A stretch of DNA of 37,540 bases from Anaerolineales bacterium UBA3082 (GTDB taxonomy: Bacteria > Chloroflexota > Anaerolineae > UBA7937). Below the pieces are notes generated by a model. That model was given only the letters and a program-made list of their open reading frames with translations, searched no databases and had not been told where the DNA came from. The stretch lies in NCBI GenBank assembly GCA_002366595.1, contig DFBK01000086.1, forward strand, positions 43,813 to 81,352. Reading direction: 5' to 3'. This document shows positions 1 through 8,330 of the stretch, one piece after another. Position 1 is the first letter of the stretch. Every line of letters starts with the position of its first letter. The translations under genes were made by a program, and so were the position numbers.

Positions 1-1
1 G

Positions 2-139
2 TTGCGGATGACCTCTGCTGTGCGGGACTATCGGGCTGGGACGCCCTCAGACAGACTGCGAGAGAAACTGGGGCTCTCCAAGGTCACCTGGCGGGAGAAG
101 GAGAAGCAGATAAAGATGCTGGCCGGGCCGGCGCTCTAG
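2..139 (+). CDS. C-terminal end of a tyrosine-recombinase-like (XerC/D fold) protein, truncated by the window edge, with non-canonical catalytic motifs
   Basis: Frame 2 reads LRMTSAVRDYRAGTPSDRLREKLGLSKVTWREKEKQIKMLAGPAL*. This parallels box II (LRHT.A...G.....QxxLGHS) but lacks the His and Tyr residues. Confidence 0.45.
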   Translation: MRMTSAVRDYRAGTPSDRLREKLGLSKVTWREKEKQIKMLAGPAL

Positions 140-157
140 CCACTCTTGAAGTCAACG

Positions 158-187
158 AAAGCACCCCTTTGCGCGAAGGGGTGCTTT
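158..187. terminator. Probably bidirectional intrinsic terminator between the recombinase-like gene and tRNA-Arg
   Basis: Inverted repeat AAAGCACCCCTT-TGCGCG-AAGGGGTGCTTT. Confidence 0.7.
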
Positions 188-188
188 A

Positions 189-265
189 TGGTACGCCCGG
201 CAGGACTCGAACCCACAACCTGCTGATTCGAAGTCAGACGCTCTGTCCAGTTGAGCTACGGGCGC
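189..265 (-). tRNA. tRNA-Arg(TCG), CCA encoded
   Basis: Reverse complement GCGCCCGTAGCTCAACTGGACAGAGCGTCTGACTTCGAATCAGCAGGTTGTGGGTTCGAGTCCTGCCGGGCGTACCA folds as a cloverleaf with anticodon TCG and a GTTCGA T-loop. Confidence 0.97.
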
Positions 266-407
266 TTGTAAGTTCAGTTTTGTGCAGAATTGGTGAGCAA
301 AATCTGAGAATCAGATGGTCTTGGCCCTTTTCGCTATTCAGGGATAGCACAGACAGCGAAGACAGTCAAGCGAAGCAGAAGAACGTTGTTATGTGAACTG
401 ATGGCCC

Positions 408-1256
408 TCATTCTTTCGCCAATTTCCCAAGTTGTTGTTTGAATGCGTCCGATTCCACAATGTCTTTTATGAAAGTAACTGACCAAACTTTGGAAAGGCC
501 TTTATTCTCTTCAAATACGACACGGATACGACCAGTTTGAGTGCTTTTGGCAGACTCTTGATACGCAAGGTATTCGCCAATGACCCCGATAAGGTTGCCA
601 CCTAAGTCGGGATTTATGAATATACCTCTCTCCTCAAATCGTATGGCAAGCTTGAGGAACACAGGACTGCCACTGTTCCCAGGAAAGGCAAAAGCATCTA
701 TGTGAAACGTTTTGTCATCATTGATTGCGCTTATGGTACCGCTTCTTATGATAGGGGTTATTCGGTTTGTGGGCACAATACCAGGTTCAAAAGACAAGAA
801 GAAGACGTCATACAGTTCAGACAGCTCATCTGCCCCCAACAACAGATTCTCCGCAATTGGCTCAACATCGTCTTTTTGGGGGTCAGACATGAAGGGGATG
901 ATGGCAATATCAACCTCGTCATTCTCATGAAATACCCACTCGAATCCAAATCGATGCGTGTAATCGTTTAGGCAACGTAGCGCCATTCGCCCACTCTTCT
1001 CATTGAGGAAAACCAGCATCCCGTCATCATTCAAGTCCCCAGTTTTTTCATCCACCACAACATGCTTCGCAGTGACTAGGAGAAACGTGTTCTGGAGTTC
1101 GAGTAAGAATCCAGTGCCGAGTCGGCCAATCTTTTTTCCCTCAGTCCTCTTGCCCAGAAAGACAACGCTCTTTCTAACATCTTCGATTAAGTTACGCACT
1201 CTTTTAGTCCTCCTCCCCACTGATAGCTCTAGTGTCCAGCGACCAGTATATAGCAA
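408..1256 (-). CDS. Trypsin-like serine protease (S1 family); true start may be ~20 codons downstream
   Basis: Catalytic triad motifs TAKHV, DIAII and GNSGSPVF, plus GTGF. Visibly more AT-rich than the surroundings. Confidence 0.85.
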   Translation of the reverse strand: MLYTGRWTLELSVGRRTKRVRNLIEDVRKSVVFLGKRTEGKKIGRLGTGFLLELQNTFLLVTAKHVVVDEKTGDLNDDGMLVFLNEKSGRMALRCLNDYTHRFGFEWVFHENDEVDIAIIPFMSDPQKDDVEPIAENLLLGADELSELYDVFFLSFEPGIVPTNRITPIIRSGTISAINDDKTFHIDAFAFPGNSGSPVFLKLAIRFEERGIFINPDLGGNLIGVIGEYLAYQESAKSTQTGRIRVVFEENKGLSKVWSVTFIKDIVESDAFKQQLGKLAKE

Positions 1257-1317
1257 TAGAGGGAAGTAGGCAAACCCTTTGCCTTAGAATTCCAGCGGGG
1301 ACACCACAAAGAAAAGG

Positions 1318-1391
1318 GGTGAGTGGTGGGATTCGAACCCACGGTCTCCTGGGCCACAACCAGGTGCCTTAACCGCTAGGCTACACTCACC
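1318..1391 (-). tRNA. tRNA-His(GTG), with G-1; terminal CCA not fully encoded
   Basis: Reverse complement GGTGAGTGTAGCCTAGCGGTTAAGGCACCTGGTTGTGGCCCAGGAGACCGTGGGTTCGAATCCCACCACTCACC(CCT), anticodon GTG. Confidence 0.96.
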
Positions 1392-1636
1392 ACGGAAACG
1401 CTATTTGGCCCCTTTGCCTTGGTACCCCTGGAGCGCACCGATATAAAGCCTCGAACTGGTCTTCGCCTGAAAGTATATCATAAACGGACCGGGAAGGCAA
1501 CCGTGCAGGCCTTCTTCTCCGGGAAGAGGAAGCCGTTTGGGTTGCATGAGATAAGGCGGCTGGTGGCCGAGAAAGGTCGGATATCCTTACAGGATCCCGT
1601 GAGAGCAGATAGCAGTGGTGCTGCCAGTCATGGGGT

Positions 1637-2161
1637 TCAAGGTGGCAAATATGTGCTTCCCATGAGAGTGGCCTCTGGAAAGGGATGGTCTTCCTCCTCT
1701 TCGATTCCTCCAAGCAGGTAGATCCGGCCCCAAGCCTCACCATAGGCTACCCCCTGGTCGTTGTAGCCAAAGTCTCCCAAAAGTTCCTCAGCCACTATGG
1801 GGCTCACATCAAGGACCACTTCACAATCGCCCTCTAGGTCTATCTCATCTAAAGAAAACCCATCGCTTCCTTCGACGCCTTCCTTCGGGCAGTAGGGCCC
1901 TCGATCCTGAATCTCCCCCACCCATGCGCCGTGCTCCGTCACCACGAGGACGATGGTCCCTAAAGGCAAATGACGATGAGCAAAGATAGGTTTCGTCGGA
2001 TCGAAGAGCTCGCCGTTAGCCATCTTTCTCTCCTCGCCTGGGTAGTCATACCAGTGGATCAAGCCCTCTTGGTAAAACTCCCGGTCAGCGAGAACACCGC
2101 TATCTACTGCTGAGGCCGTCCCCAGCCACGCAGCCAAGAGAAGCCACAACAATTTCGACAT
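1637..2161 (-). CDS. Exported RlpA-like double-psi beta-barrel (lytic transglycosylase-like) protein
   Basis: N-terminal signal peptide; motifs ANGELFDP, AHRHLPLGT, DRGPY and LDVS. Confidence 0.8.
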   Translation of the reverse strand: MSKLLWLLLAAWLGTASAVDSGVLADREFYQEGLIHWYDYPGEERKMANGELFDPTKPIFAHRHLPLGTIVLVVTEHGAWVGEIQDRGPYCPKEGVEGSDGFSLDEIDLEGDCEVVLDVSPIVAEELLGDFGYNDQGVAYGEAWGRIYLLGGIEEEEDHPFPEATLMGSTYLPP

Positions 2162-2227
2162 CTTTGCCAGGTCCCCTTTGATCTACCCCTGCCCTCAAAA
2201 GGCTCTCCCCCAAGACCACTTCCGTTG

Positions 2228-2566
2228 CTAACGACGATCTTTAATCGGCCATTGGGGGGATAAGATGTAGCCACGACGACGGATCGTTTTGATGTAGATG
2301 GGGCTAGAAGGTGATGGCTCTATCTTGAGGCGGAGTTTCCTGATGTACATTCTTACCAGACCGGAGCTGCCCACGCCAGGAGGATACCCCCATATCTCTT
2401 GAAGCAACCTATCATTGGAGATGACTTCGCCGGCATGAGTCATCAGGTATCGCAAAAGCTCAAACTCTACAGGTGTGAGGAGAGTGATCTTTCCTCCAGC
2501 GTTCACTTCAAAGGTGCGAGGATCGAGCGAGAGTGGGCCTACTTCTATGGAAGCCATGCTTGTCAC
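2228..2566 (-). CDS. Stand-alone OmpR/PhoB-type winged-helix DNA-binding protein without a receiver domain
   Basis: LTPVEFELLRYLM...LLQEIWGY...VRMYIRKLRLKIE..PSSPIYIKTIRRRGY matches the Trans_reg_C pattern. Confidence 0.88.
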   Translation of the reverse strand: MTSMASIEVGPLSLDPRTFEVNAGGKITLLTPVEFELLRYLMTHAGEVISNDRLLQEIWGYPPGVGSSGLVRMYIRKLRLKIEPSPSSPIYIKTIRRRGYILSPQWPIKDRR

Positions 2567-2591
2567 TTCCTTATGAACGCCTGGGCCATGA

Positions 2592-3086
2592 ATTCCCTTC
2601 CTGGATCATCTCCAAAGGGCTACCTGCGGAGGGCTGACGCCTCCTCCATCGGATCCTCAGCCAAGGCAGCCAATGAATCGATCCTAGTCCTAAGCGCTTC
2701 CCTGGTCTCAGGCCTGGGCTTTTCTTGATATTCGGTGGCCAGGTCTTCCACCGGCCTGGCAAGACGCCGGATCTTCTTCGCTACCTCCACATTCCAAGTT
2801 GAGCACTTCACTGCTTCAAACATCTCAAACTCCTCCCCGAACCTAGGCAACGCCCGCTTGTACCCGCTCCTCGATCCTCAATATCAGAATACGCCCTCCA
2901 AGTGCTCATAGACCAGTATAGCGGGGTGAATTCTGCCCTCTTCCTCAAAAAAACGCTCTGGTCAGACGCAACAGCCTCTCCTCAGCCGCATGCCTTTCCC
3001 CACTGTCCGGATAGCGCGCGATGATCCCCAAATAGGTCGCTAGGGCATCATTGATCTTTCCTTGTTCTTCGTAGTTTATGCCCAGG
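2592..3086. repeat. Copy 1 of a ~0.45-0.5 kb direct duplication (copy 2 at ~6921-7364)
   Basis: Near-identical runs such as CCTGGATCATCTCCAAAGGGCTACCTGCGGAGGG. Copy 1 has ~45 extra nt at ~2826-2870. Confidence 0.92.
2620..2850 (-). CDS. Small hypothetical protein, paralog of 6948-7151 (probable start MFEAVK)
   Basis: Near-identical to the 67 aa ORF at 6948-7151. Confidence 0.65.
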   Translation of the reverse strand: MPRFGEEFEMFEAVKCSTWNVEVAKKIRRLARPVEDLATEYQEKPRPETREALRTRIDSLAALAEDPMEEASALRR

Positions 3087-3172
3087 CTCAACCGGGACGC
3101 TCTGGCAACCTTGAGGCGATAATTCGACCTTCCCTCCTTCGCCACGGTCACTCTTCTTTCCCTCTTGCACAC
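2884..3172 (-). pseudogene. Frameshifted TPR-like helical protein, paralog of 7164-7430
   Basis: A7 run at 2947-2953 corresponds to AAGAAA (6 nt) at 7227-7232. The C-terminus EEEGRIHPAILVYEHLEGVF* continues in another frame. Confidence 0.75.
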
Positions 3173-3296
3173 CAGTAACTGTAATCCAGATCACTAGCAC
3201 ATCTTGCAACCTCAAGCGGAGAGAAAGTTAGCGGATAGCGGTAATATCACTCGAGACGGCTAATCGTCAATAACCGCCAAATCCTCATACTCATAT

Positions 3297-3325
3297 AAAA
3301 TACCATAAATAAGCGCTCTAGTCAA
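3297..3325 (-). promoter_or_regulatory. Putative sigma70 promoter for the distal small-gene unit
   Basis: TTGACT-N17-TATTTT with an extended TG. Confidence 0.5.
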
Positions 3326-3464
3326 TACCCTGCCCTCATTTCCCTTAGACTTTAAGGTTGTAGGAGGCTCCTGGTCGTGAAGAGGCCAGGTCTGATGCGC
3401 CTGATAACAGGAGAACCCAGCGATCATACGCCATCCTTACGAGAAAATTGGTACCACAGGAACC

Positions 3465-3492
3465 AAAAAGCCTCTCCTCGTGAGAAGAGGCT
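3465..3492 (-). terminator. Intrinsic terminator after the HD-GYP gene
   Basis: AGCCTCTTCTC-AC-GAGGAGAGGCT-TTTT. Confidence 0.7.
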
Positions 3493-3548
3493 AGCATCAA
3501 GTTAACAGGGGAAGAATGAGAATCAAACCCATTAGGAAAGCGACGACA

Positions 3549-4535
3549 CTACTTTCTGCGCTTCCTCTTGCCCTTGCCTTTTCGCTTGGTAGGCGGCTTT
3601 CTGAGTTTGAGGAAAACCTTGACCACCTCCGGGTCCCACTGAGTGCCAGTGCCCTTCTCCAGTTCTGCCAGGGCTTCCTCCTCGGTCCGAGCCCTGCGAT
3701 AGGGCCTCTCGGAGGTCATGGCCTCGAAGCCATCGGCCACGGCCAGGATGCGGGCCAAAAGCGGTATTTCCTCCCCCTTCAACCCATCAGGGTAGCCGGT
3801 GCCATCCCACCTCTCGTGGTGGTGGCGAATGACAGGCACAGCCGCTTGGAAAGCGGTGACTTGCTCTGCCACGTTCGCGCTCACTACAGGGTGGGCCCGG
3901 ACCATCACCCACTCGGCCTCAGTAAGCCCGGCGGGCTTGTTAAGCACACTGCTAGGGATGCCGACTTTGCCCACGTCATGCAAGGGGCCAGCGATGCGCA
4001 CGGTATCAAGCTGGCCGTTCACTAGTCCCATCTCCTGGGCGATCTCTATGGCTATCTCGGTGACCATGGCAGAGTGCCCGCTTGTATAGGGGTCGCTGGC
4101 TTCAACTATGCTGGATACCGCCTTTACCGTTTCTAGAGCGGCACGCTTGAGCGCCTCCCCCGCCTCCCGCTTCTCAATCGCCCTGCGGATAGTCACCACT
4201 AATTGCTCTGCATCGTAGGGCTTCTGCATATAGCCATAAGCGCCCAGGTTGACCGCCTCGATGGCCGATGCCTGTGATCCATACCCGGTGAGGACGATGC
4301 ACTCCGTGCGAGGAGAGCGCTTCTTGATCTTCTCCATCACCTTCAAGCCCTCCATATCTGGCAACCTCAGGTCGATGATGGCTACCGCGGGCCTCTCCTC
4401 CTTGACCCTATCTAGGGCTGTCTTTCCCTTCACCATGGCTATAGGTGCATAACCCTTAGCCTTGAGGATGTCGGAGAGGGTCTTCCTGAACTTGGGGTCA
4501 TCATCTACGATGAGGATACTGGCCTTTGTACGCAT
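3549..4535 (-). CDS. Response regulator REC + HD-GYP c-di-GMP phosphodiesterase (RpfG-like)
   Basis: REC motifs (IVDDD, DLRLP, TGY, KP); HD-GYP motifs YTSGHS, LHDVGK, HHHERWDGTGYPDGL, AVADGFEAMTSERPYR. Confidence 0.93.
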   Translation of the reverse strand: MRTKASILIVDDDPKFRKTLSDILKAKGYAPIAMVKGKTALDRVKEERPAVAIIDLRLPDMEGLKVMEKIKKRSPRTECIVLTGYGSQASAIEAVNLGAYGYMQKPYDAEQLVVTIRRAIEKREAGEALKRAALETVKAVSSIVEASDPYTSGHSAMVTEIAIEIAQEMGLVNGQLDTVRIAGPLHDVGKVGIPSSVLNKPAGLTEAEWVMVRAHPVVSANVAEQVTAFQAAVPVIRHHHERWDGTGYPDGLKGEEIPLLARILAVADGFEAMTSERPYRRARTEEEALAELEKGTGTQWDPEVVKVFLKLRKPPTKRKGKGKRKRRK

Positions 4536-4543
4536 GGCTCACC

Positions 4544-5305
4544 TCACTTCCTCTTCCTAACAGGTTGGCCCAGAACCCTGCCTAACTCTTGGTGGCGAAC
4601 TTCGGTCAAGAGTTGGAGAAAGGTCTCTATCTGGAGGGGCTTGTAGAGGCAGGTGTAGGCATCGATTTTCAGGGCGGCCTCTATGGCGGGGGCCATCTCC
4701 TCTCGGTAGCCGGTCACTAATATCACCGGGAGATGAGGATAGCGCGCTCTGATCTCCTTCAGCGTGTCTAGGCCGCTGATGTGGTTCAGTTTCATGTCCA
4801 GGAGCACCACTTGGGCATCCGGGCTGAGCGTCTCCGCTAGACCGTGAGGATCGGTAACCGTAGTAACGGCGAAGTCTTGCGCCCGTAGTATCTCTCCCAG
4901 GGTCTGGCAGAACTGGGGGTCATCGTCGACAATGATTATGGAGCGTTCCTTGCGCAGGGAGGCGAGGAAACTGAGCAGGAGGTTGATGTCCAAAGGCTTG
5001 GTCAAGGTGGCTATGGCCCCCTCTTCCAACCCTTCTTGGACTAACTCAGAGTAGGCGGTCATGAATACTACCGGTAACTCGGGCTGGATGGTCTTGATAG
5101 CCCGGAATAGTTCCACTCCGTTCATCTCTGGCATCTTGATGTCTGTCAGGACGCAGTCGAAGTGACTCTTCTTCACCTTATCCAAGGCCTCAGGACCGGA
5201 GTAGGCGGCCTCACCCTCGTAGCCCTGGACCTTGAAGATATCCAGGAGGGTCTGGGCCATCCTGCGGTCGTCGTCCACTATGAGGATGTGCAAATTCTCG
5301 CTCAT
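4544..5305 (-). CDS. Response regulator with two tandem receiver domains
   Basis: Two REC repeats (IVDDD..DIKMP..TAY..KP and IVDDD..DMKL..TGY..KP); no output domain. Confidence 0.9.
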   Translation of the reverse strand: MSENLHILIVDDDRRMAQTLLDIFKVQGYEGEAAYSGPEALDKVKKSHFDCVLTDIKMPEMNGVELFRAIKTIQPELPVVFMTAYSELVQEGLEEGAIATLTKPLDINLLLSFLASLRKERSIIIVDDDPQFCQTLGEILRAQDFAVTTVTDPHGLAETLSPDAQVVLLDMKLNHISGLDTLKEIRARYPHLPVILVTGYREEMAPAIEAALKIDAYTCLYKPLQIETFLQLLTEVRHQELGRVLGQPVRKRK

Positions 5306-6519
5306 GCTTGGGCCTCCTTGGTAGGTAGGATGAGAGTGAAGGTGCTACCCCTGCCTTCTTGGCTTTCCACCTCGATGCTTTCCCCGTTGACCTCCACCAG
5401 GTTCTTGGAGACCGCCAAACCAAGCCCGATGCCCCGGACCTTGGTGGTGAAGAGGGGCTCGAAGAGCATCTTCGTGTTCTCTTTAGAGATGCCGCAACCG
5501 GTGTCGGTTATGGAGAGATAGACCTGGTCCTTCTCACCTTGAGCGTTGATGGTCAGCCTGCCTCCTTCAGGCATGGCCTGGTAGGCGTTGGTGACCAGGT
5601 TGACCAGCACCTGCCCTATCTGCCGGGGATCGACGAACACAGGAGGCAGGTTGGGGGCTATCTTGGTGGTCACTTTCACCTTCTGGGGTGGAGGGTGCCT
5701 CTCCAGGACTTGGGTTACCAGGTCGGAGACCGCAATCTCCTCTCTCTCGGCGGGCCTGGTGCGCGAGAGGTCCAGGAGGCCTGAGACTATCTTCGCGGAG
5801 TTGCGGACCTCTGAGGAGATGACCTCCAGGTACTCCTTGGTGGTCTCATCGGCATCGGGGAGGGCAGTCTGGAGGTAGTAGACAGCGTTGGAGATCACCC
5901 CCAGAGGGTTGCGCAACTCATGCCCCACCCCGCCAGCCAACTGGCCCAGAAGGGCCAAACGCTCCTTGCGGATCAGTTGCTCCTGGGCATCTCGGAGCTC
6001 TGCTACCGTCTCTTCTGCCAGTTGTGAGTACTCCTTCAGCGCCTCCTCCGCTTTCTTGCGCTCAAGCCACAGACCAAAGGCCTCCGCGATAGCGTTCAGG
6101 AGGTTCTGCTCCTCGGGAATCAAGAAGGGCCTATCCTCGGCATAGTAAACCCACAAGTGCCCGCGGGCCTCGCCTCCTACTCTGATCTCCGCATGGAGGC
6201 CGTACGACAGCTTCTCAGTGTATCGCTCATGCGCGAAGCGGCTATCCTCCAGTTCAATCACCGGTACGGTGATCTCTGGGAACTGCATGGCCGGAACCAG
6301 GTGCTCAATAACCCCCCTGCAAAGTTCATCAATGGGCAAACCCTCCTGCATGTTGCGGTTCACCGCGTAAAGGCAGGTCAACTCCTTCACCCTCTCACCC
6401 AGTGCCCACTCCGCCCACTTGCGCTCGGCTTCTAATGCTTCCAATTCAGTAATTCGTTGTCGCAATTCTACCAATTCATTTATGAGTTGCTTTTTTGTCT
6501 TCTTTTCGTCTTTCATCAT
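5302..6519 (-). CDS. Cytoplasmic sensor histidine kinase (coiled coil, GAF-like, HisKA, HATPase)
   Basis: H-box GHELRNPL, N-box NLVTNAYQAM, G1 DTGCGI, F-box FEPLFTTK, G2 GIGLGL; no transmembrane segment seen. Confidence 0.92.
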   Translation of the reverse strand: MMKDEKKTKKQLINELVELRQRITELEALEAERKWAEWALGERVKELTCLYAVNRNMQEGLPIDELCRGVIEHLVPAMQFPEITVPVIELEDSRFAHERYTEKLSYGLHAEIRVGGEARGHLWVYYAEDRPFLIPEEQNLLNAIAEAFGLWLERKKAEEALKEYSQLAEETVAELRDAQEQLIRKERLALLGQLAGGVGHELRNPLGVISNAVYYLQTALPDADETTKEYLEVISSEVRNSAKIVSGLLDLSRTRPAEREEIAVSDLVTQVLERHPPPQKVKVTTKIAPNLPPVFVDPRQIGQVLVNLVTNAYQAMPEGGRLTINAQGEKDQVYLSITDTGCGISKENTKMLFEPLFTTKVRGIGLGLAVSKNLVEVNGESIEVESQEGRGSTFTLILPTKEAQA

Positions 6520-6651
6520 GTGTATCCCCTAAAATAGGCAGCACTTTCGCCTAAGTCCCGCCACTTTGGACGGGTGACTTCAAAGAGAAGAACCCTGGGG
6601 GGACGAGCAACGCCCACGGGCCAAGGCAAGAAATTCTAGACGCGTGGCTCC

Positions 6652-6918
6652 TCAACCACCCAGGGAAACCATCTTCAGGATCAACGCCGCCGTCTTCTTG
6701 AGAAGGAGGGAGAAACTGCGACAGTACTGGCAATCCAGGCTTGCCTCCTCATACTCCTCACAAGCGAGTAGTTCCTCCGCAACCTCTATCAGTTCTTTTG
6801 CCTTGGCAGCCTTCTCGCCAATGCTTTGCGCCGCGTTGACTTGCTCAGTCAAGGTAGCACAAATGCTTTCCTTGGTCTGAAACTTGCCACAAGTGATACC
6901 GCCTTGCTCGTAGACCAC
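6652..6918 (-). CDS. Small Cys-containing helical hypothetical protein
   Basis: Operon-consistent ORF with a CQYC motif and upstream AGGAGG. Confidence 0.6.
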   Translation of the reverse strand: MVYEQGGITCGKFQTKESICATLTEQVNAAQSIGEKAAKAKELIEVAEELLACEEYEEASLDCQYCRSFSLLLKKTAALILKMVSLGG

Positions 6919-6920
6919 GG

Positions 6921-7364
6921 ATTCCCTCCTGGATCATCTCCAAAGGGCTACCTGCGGAGGGCTAACGCCTCCTCCATCGGATCCTCAGCCAAGGCAGCCA
7001 ATGAATCGATCCTAGTCCTAAGCGCTTCCCTGGTCTCAGGACTGGGCTTTTCTTGATATTCGGTAGCCAGGTCTTCCACCGGCCCGGCAAGACGCCGGAT
7101 CTTCTTCGCTACCTCCACATTCCAAGTTGACCACTCCACTGGTTCAAACATCGATCCTCGATATCAGAGTACGCCCTCTAACTGCTCATAAACCAGTATG
7201 GCGGGGTGAATTCTGCCCTTTTCCTCAAGAAACGCTCTGGTGAGGCGCAAGAGCCTCTCCTCAGCCACTTGCCTTTCCTCACTGTCCGGATAGCGCGCGA
7301 TGATACCCAAGTAGGCCGCTAGGGCATCGTTTATCTTCCCCTGTTGCTCATAGTTTATGCCCAG
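6921..7364. repeat. Copy 2 of the direct duplication (copy 1 at ~2592-3086)
   Basis: Direct nucleotide comparison of the two segments. Confidence 0.92.
6948..7151 (-). CDS. Small hypothetical protein, paralog of 2620-2850
   Basis: Duplicated ORF with the reading frame conserved in both copies. Confidence 0.65.
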   Translation of the reverse strand: MFEPVEWSTWNVEVAKKIRRLAGPVEDLATEYQEKPSPETREALRTRIDSLAALAEDPMEEALALRR

Positions 7365-7430
7365 CCTTAACTGAGAGGTCTCCTCCGTCTTGGAATGTAG
7401 ATCCGAACCTTGCTCGCTCATCACGATCAT
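7164..7430 (-). CDS. TPR-like helical protein (start refined to ATG at 7430)
   Basis: LGINYEQQGKINDALAAYLGIIARYPDSEERQVAEERL is a TPR-like pattern; GGGTGA RBS upstream. Confidence 0.72.
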   Translation of the reverse strand: MIVMSEQGSDLHSKTEETSQLRLGINYEQQGKINDALAAYLGIIARYPDSEERQVAEERLLRLTRAFLEEKGRIHPAILVYEQLEGVL

Positions 7431-7464
7431 TCTTTTCACCCTGCCGAATGCCGTAGGTCGCCGA

Positions 7465-8052
7465 CTAGACAGGGTGATAAAGTCCGTCTTCCTTCTGGCG
7501 GATTCTGTGCGTTTTGACCAGCGCTTGCAACATCTCTTGAGTGTCCTTCTCGGATAGACCAAAGAGGGCCTGGACATCTTCTATCTTCACGCCGGGAAAA
7601 CTAGTGATATAAGTCGCCACCTGGTCGGCTAAGGAGATGGTCTCGTGCACGCTGGATGCTACCAATACATGGGATGCACCGGAGGCTCTATCTGACTTGC
7701 GAGGGGGGGTCTGCTCCGATTCCGCTGTGGCCCTTGCCCCGTAGGTCCTTTCCGCCTGGGGCCTCCTCACCGTCACCACGCCCTTGCCCTTGCACGTGGT
7801 ACAGTTCAGCCTGCGGCCCAAAAGCCTGCCCGTTCCGCCGCAAGCCGGGCAAGGTTCATAGGGGGTCACCACGCGATTGTAGCCTTTGCCCCCGCAGGTG
7901 GAGCAATTCGACTCAGGGCCAGGGCACCCGAAGGGATCCTTGCCCCGCCCCCCGCAATAGGCGCATTTCACATCCACCATCTCCCCCGGACCTCCCGAGG
8001 GCACTCCGTATCTACCTACTTGTTCATGGTAATCCATCCTACATACCTCCAC
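7465..8052 (-). CDS. DnaJ-type CxxCxGxG zinc-finger protein with C-terminal winged-helix-like domain
   Basis: CAYCGGRG, CSTCGGKG, CPACGGTG, CTTCKGKG; C-terminal VATYITSFPGVK...GLYHP. Confidence 0.85.
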   Translation of the reverse strand: MEVCRMDYHEQVGRYGVPSGGPGEMVDVKCAYCGGRGKDPFGCPGPESNCSTCGGKGYNRVVTPYEPCPACGGTGRLLGRRLNCTTCKGKGVVTVRRPQAERTYGARATAESEQTPPRKSDRASGASHVLVASSVHETISLADQVATYITSFPGVKIEDVQALFGLSEKDTQEMLQALVKTHRIRQKEDGLYHPV

Positions 8053-8156
8053 AGGTCTCCCAGTGACTCGGTCGTTGGTGGGTTGCCCTCGCGGATGTGA
8101 GGGGCATGGCTAGAGCCCTGCACCTTAGCAGGGCTTCCTCTCTCATAGAGGGCCAC

Positions 8157-8330
8157 CTAACCCCAAACGCGCGATACAACTCTTCCTTCCTCTTGAACAC
8201 CTCCCTCGCCTACATCAGCGTGCTCGATCGCGGGGGACATATTCCGTAACAGCCGGGTGGCTTTCAATGGAACCAGGCCCACCGCTTCTGCATACTCCAA
8301 ATAGGTATCAATGGAGATAGTCACCACCCT
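8157..8330 (-). pseudogene. C-terminal remnant of a GvpA-like gene
   Basis: ERVVTISIDTYLEYAEAVGLVPL resembles the GvpA C-half and ORF 10424-10702; the N-terminal LDRVLDKG motif is absent. Confidence 0.6.

Noticed and set aside
169-396. 75 aa + strand ORF
   Set aside because: It is antisense to tRNA-Arg and spans a terminator.
1267-1285. GGCAAACCC resembling the start of a GEMM riboswitch
   Set aside because: It is only a short hairpin (AGGCAAA-CCC-TTTGCCT) downstream of tRNA-His, with no rest of the aptamer.
1387-1743. ORFs 1419-1721(+) and 1387-1743(-)
   Set aside because: They overlap the RlpA-like gene or the tRNA and show no recognisable motif.
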